Notes under the pieces: model-generated
Databases searched by the model: none
Told to the model about the DNA's origin: nothing
The model's input: only the letters and a program-made list of their open reading frames with translations
Assembly (NCBI GenBank): GCA_046581755.1
Contig: JAYGFR010000130.1
Location: 1 to 20,628, forward strand
Reading direction: 5' to 3'
Length of the DNA: 20,628 bases
Origin: Nitrospinota bacterium
Lineage (GTDB): Bacteria > UBA8248
Shown: positions 17,266 to 20,628 of the stretch, piece by piece
How the letters are laid out: every line of letters begins with the position of its first letter
How positions within the stretch are numbered: the first letter of the stretch is position 1
Made by a program: the position numbers and the translations under genes

Positions 17266-18174
17266 ATGAAAAGCAAACTCCAGGGGATCATGGGAGCGCC
17301 GGTCACCCCCTTTGACGCGGACAACCGGGTTGATTTCGAGACCTTCGAGAAGCAGATCCATTTCCTTATCGAAGCGGGGGTCCACTTCATCGCCCACCCG
17401 ATGCACATCGGCGAATCCCTCAATTTGACCGTTGAAGAGCGGAAGGATCTGGCCCGGAGCCTGGTCGATGCGGCGGCGGGCCGCGTCCGCGTCTTCGTGA
17501 ATGTGAGCACCTTCGGGACCGGCAATGCGCTCGATCTGGCGCGGCACAGCGAATCGGTGAATGCGTCGGGGATCGTGGCCCTTTCTCCCTACCATTGGCA
17601 GCCGGGGCCCGAGGCCCATATCGATCATTTCATGACGCTGGGTGGAGGCGTGGGAATCGACATGATCGCCTACAACAATCCCAAGCACGTCCAGGTGGAG
17701 ATCACCCGCCCGATTCTCCTCGAACTCATGGAGCGCCTGCCCAATTTCGTGGCCCTCAAGGACGCCAAGTTCGACATGAATTACTTCATCCATGCCTGCC
17801 GGGTCACCTCCGAGGCCAGCCCGGATTTTTCCGTCTTCACCGGGATCGAGTATCTCCTCACATCCATACCGGTGGGCGGTTCGGGTTCGTTCTCCAATTG
17901 CGCCGAGGTGGCGCCGAGGCTGGTTCTGGATCTGTTCGATGCCTGTATTAAGGGGGACCTCGAAAGGGCAAGACCTCTTCAATACAAAATGTCGCAGCTT
18001 TTGGAATTGCTCCAGTATAAATATCCCGCCATGGTGAAATACTCGATGGGTCTCTTGGGCCGGCCCGTCGGCGGGACGCGCAAGCCCATCCTTCCGCTGA
18101 AGGAGGACGAAAAGGCCCACGCGGGGGAAGTGCTCGAGGCTCTCGGCATTTTCGAGAATGAACCCTGGGGCTGA
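17266..18174 (+). CDS. DapA/NAL-family (dihydrodipicolinate-synthase-like) class I aldolase/lyase
   Basis: Start ATG 17266 after GGGAGG. Motifs APVTPFD, GES..LT.EER, YNNP and Schiff-base Lys in LKDA, plus R.P..PL at the C-terminus. Confidence 0.85.
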   Translation: MKSKLQGIMGAPVTPFDADNRVDFETFEKQIHFLIEAGVHFIAHPMHIGESLNLTVEERKDLARSLVDAAAGRVRVFVNVSTFGTGNALDLARHSESVNASGIVALSPYHWQPGPEAHIDHFMTLGGGVGIDMIAYNNPKHVQVEITRPILLELMERLPNFVALKDAKFDMNYFIHACRVTSEASPDFSVFTGIEYLLTSIPVGGSGSFSNCAEVAPRLVLDLFDACIKGDLERARPLQYKMSQLLELLQYKYPAMVKYSMGLLGRPVGGTRKPILPLKEDEKAHAGEVLEALGIFENEPWG

Positions 18175-18401
18175 TGATTACCCGGGACCCGGCCGGAAGC
18201 CGTGGGCAAGCAAAAATTTTTTCCTTTGAAATCTCGGGCTTCGAAGTGATGGTCAACAGATCCTTGCGATCGGTTTCCAGATGCGTTATTGCCGCAGGGT
18301 ACGAGCGGTTTTGGAACCACCGAGATAGTCCGTGCCGGGCCAATTTGTGAAGGAGGTTTTCGCCCGGATTCCAGAGGGGGCGAATATCTTCGATTTGGGA
18401 G

Positions 18402-19430
18402 CTACCCTCCGATGATGATGCCCTCGTTTCCCGATATCTGAAACTCGGTTCCCAGATTTTCCGAATATTTCTGCATGACTCCTAAAATATCGGCGCATTT
18501 CTCGTCTTTTTCATCCAGGATGGCGGGCCGTCCGTCCTCGCCGATTAGGGCCGGAACGAAGGACACACGCCGGATTTCCCCTCCTTTGACCGTACACCGA
18601 ACGAGAATGGATTCCTTCGCCGTCGGAAGAAACATCGGGTGATCGTGGTCGAGGACGAGATTTCCGAGCGCGTAGAAGATCGCCTTCCCGCGGTAGACCT
18701 CGATTCCCTGGAGGATATGCGGGTGCTGGCCGATGATGAGATCGGCCCCGGCGTCGATGGCGGCACGGGCGGCGGCCCGCTGCGAAAGGGTCAGGGTGCG
18801 GCTTTGACTGGAGCCCCAGTGGAACGTGGCGATAAGGACATCCACATGAGGCCGGGCGGATCCAATATCCTCCACCATGGCTTCGAGTTCTTCCTCGTTT
18901 AAGTAAGGCGGCCCGAAAAGGGGGTCCTCCCGCAACGGGGCGACCCCTGGCTTGTTCGGGTTCGCCCCCCATCCCAGCGGAAGGTTGAGAACATAGGAAA
19001 GAAAGCCGGCCCGAACGCCCTTGCGCTGGACGATGACCGGGGTCCGCGCCTCGGCGATATTCCGGCCCGATCCGGAAAAGGCGATTCCGCGCGCCTCCAG
19101 AAGCTCCATCGTCTCGACGAAGGGCTCGATGCCGTAGTCCATGCAGTGATTGCTCGCAAAGGCCACCGTGTCGAATCCTCCGGCGAGGTATCCCTCGATC
19201 ATCCGAGGGCTGTGGCGCATGACGATTTTGCCCGAGACGGGTGAGCCTTTATCGGACATCGAGGATTCGAGGCCGCCGAACCGGATGTCGGCCCGGTTCA
19301 GTTCGGGAAGCACCTGCTCGAACACTTTTTCGGGCTCATCCCGGTCGATCTCGATGTCGCCCGCCAACGCCAGATGGATGTGCCCGCCGGAATCCGCTCT
19401 TCCGGCGGCCTGCCCTTCGCTTTCGTTCAT
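18402..19430 (-). CDS. CapA-family (PgsA/poly-gamma-glutamate synthesis-like) metallophosphoesterase-fold protein
   Basis: LAGDI, LES, SNHCMDYG, FHWG, GADLIIGQHPHILQGIEVY and FYALGN. GAGGA RBS. Confidence 0.85.
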   Translation of the reverse strand: MNESEGQAAGRADSGGHIHLALAGDIEIDRDEPEKVFEQVLPELNRADIRFGGLESSMSDKGSPVSGKIVMRHSPRMIEGYLAGGFDTVAFASNHCMDYGIEPFVETMELLEARGIAFSGSGRNIAEARTPVIVQRKGVRAGFLSYVLNLPLGWGANPNKPGVAPLREDPLFGPPYLNEEELEAMVEDIGSARPHVDVLIATFHWGSSQSRTLTLSQRAAARAAIDAGADLIIGQHPHILQGIEVYRGKAIFYALGNLVLDHDHPMFLPTAKESILVRCTVKGGEIRRVSFVPALIGEDGRPAILDEKDEKCADILGVMQKYSENLGTEFQISGNEGIIIGG

Positions 19431-19506
19431 GGGGATTCCTCTTTATTCGCCGTAGACGGGAGGTTGTTTTGCCAAGGGGCCGGGCGAAAGGCCGGGAGAA
19501 ATGAGG

Positions 19507-20275
19507 TTATCCCTCCGCCCGGTCCCGATGCTTCTTGACGCTCACGCTGTATTTGAACCGGTCGCCGCGGTAGAAAATCTGGGAATACTCCAGCGGCGTA
19601 CCCTCTTTCCGGTAAACGTAGGTGTCCACATACATCACCGGCGCCATGATGCCGAGCGACAGGAGGGAGGCGATCTCCTTGTCGGCGGTCCTGGCTTCGA
19701 TGGTCTGGTGGATTTCTCCGAGCGGAATCCGGAGGCGATTCTCGAAAATTTTCAGCAACGATAGCTTTTCAAAATCCGCGTTTGGTATTTTCCGGCCGAT
19801 CCCGGAGGGAAGATAATTGATGACGTAGCAAAAGGGGACATTTTCCACCATCCGGACTCGCTGGACGCGGGTGAGCGATTCCCTCTGGCCGAGACCGAAT
19901 AATTCCGCCAGCCGGGGGGAGAGAGGAACATCCTGGACGGAGAGGAGGCGAAATTCGCCCTCCATCCCGTGGGATACGAATTCCTCCGCGATGCCCGTGA
20001 GATTCAATGCCTTGGGCTTTTTCAAATCGTCCGTGACGAAAGTGCCGTGTCCCCGCGAGCGTTTCAGGAGGCCGTCCGAGACGAGCATCGAAAGGGCTTG
20101 GCGCACCAGGACGCGGCTGACGCCGAACATCTCGGCCAACTCCAGCTCCTTGGGAAGTTTCATGCCGGGAGCGAGATCGCCCAGTTCGATCTGGCGGCGG
20201 AGCAAATCCGCGATTTGGTAATAATTAAGGGACGCTGTGATTGGTGAACGGGGTTCCCGTGAAACTTTCGCTCAT
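19507..20275 (-). pseudogene. GntR-family (HutC subfamily, UTRA domain) transcriptional regulator with an apparent +1 frameshift near 20224-20228
   Basis: Winged HTH YYQIADLLRRQI...LPKELELAEMFGVSRVLVRQAL...RGHGTFV and C-terminal UTRA (R.R...PF, Q.IEA, YRGDRFKY). ATG 20275 reads MSESFTGTPFTNHSVP then TAA, while the HTH frame continues one base over. Confidence 0.72.
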
Positions 20276-20474
20276 GGGCGCTCTTCCCTGGATGGTGATA
20301 TTCCTAAATGGGGAACCCGTGTAATGATCATGTCAGTTCCCTTCCTCCGGAATCCGCTGCATTGACATGAAGCCGCGAATCCCTGTCCAACAACCGATAA
20401 GATATTGAAAACAATATTATTATCTCTTCATGTTCCTCTCGCCATGTCCATTTGAACCCGCCACCGTTAGGTCT

Positions 20475-20490
20475 TATGATTATAAACATA
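20475..20490. promoter_or_regulatory. Near-perfect 16-bp palindrome, candidate transcription-factor operator
   Basis: TATGATTATAAACATA has 7 of 8 symmetric pairs and lies in the AT-rich region upstream of the GntR gene. Confidence 0.35.
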
Positions 20491-20628
20491 TTACATGCGG
20501 ATTCAAATTGGTTTTTTCCCGAACCGAGAGAAGGGCCGTTTATGAATCTTCGGGCAGATGGCGGGCACAGATAAAAGAGTAGGCGCCCGGAATATCCGAT
20601 GTCCCGGCATGTGGCGATGAATTCGAAT

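Noticed and set aside
16148..18174. Housekeeping leuB and dapA
   Set aside because: Key motifs are altered and there is no leucine or lysine biosynthesis context, so no gene symbols were assigned.
18175..18401. Small ORFs or a terminator between the convergent DapA-like and CapA-like genes
   Set aside because: No recognisable protein in the frames examined, and the TTCGCCC/GGGCGAA stem has a long loop and no convincing U-tract.
5780..20490. Recurring TTATAA hexamer in several intergenic regions as a regulon motif
   Set aside because: It is too short, also occurs within coding regions (near 89 and 14530), and the flanks are not conserved.
1..20628. CRISPR arrays, tRNA/rRNA, IS elements, integrases, defence systems
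   Set aside because: No spaced direct-repeat arrays, structural RNA signatures, or transposase/recombinase/nuclease motifs were seen by eye.

Overview
GC-rich bacterial window with two blocks. Block 1 (1-5637) is a late-stage cobalamin (B12) cluster. On the minus strand, cobD-cobQ-bluB (bluB truncated by the window edge and absent from the ORF track) lies downstream of a clear cobalamin riboswitch, and cobU-cobT-cobS is transcribed divergently. Block 2 (about 5957-20490) looks like an uncharacterised catabolic island. It encodes an Asp/Glu-racemase-like gene (frameshifted), a three-subunit xanthine-oxidase-family molybdenum hydroxylase (M-L-S order) followed by a phytoene-dehydrogenase-like FAD oxidoreductase, an SsuD-like flavin monooxygenase, an internally deleted ABC transporter, an acyl-CoA-dehydrogenase-fold protein, a LeuB/tartrate-dehydrogenase-family protein, a DapA-family aldolase, an orphan CapA-family metallohydrolase and a GntR/UTRA regulator (apparent 5' frameshift). 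Three consecutive enzymes in the island deviate at canonical catalytic or substrate-binding motifs, which points to non-standard chemistry. The substrate cannot be determined from sequence alone. All family assignments come from motif recognition by eye, not from database searches.
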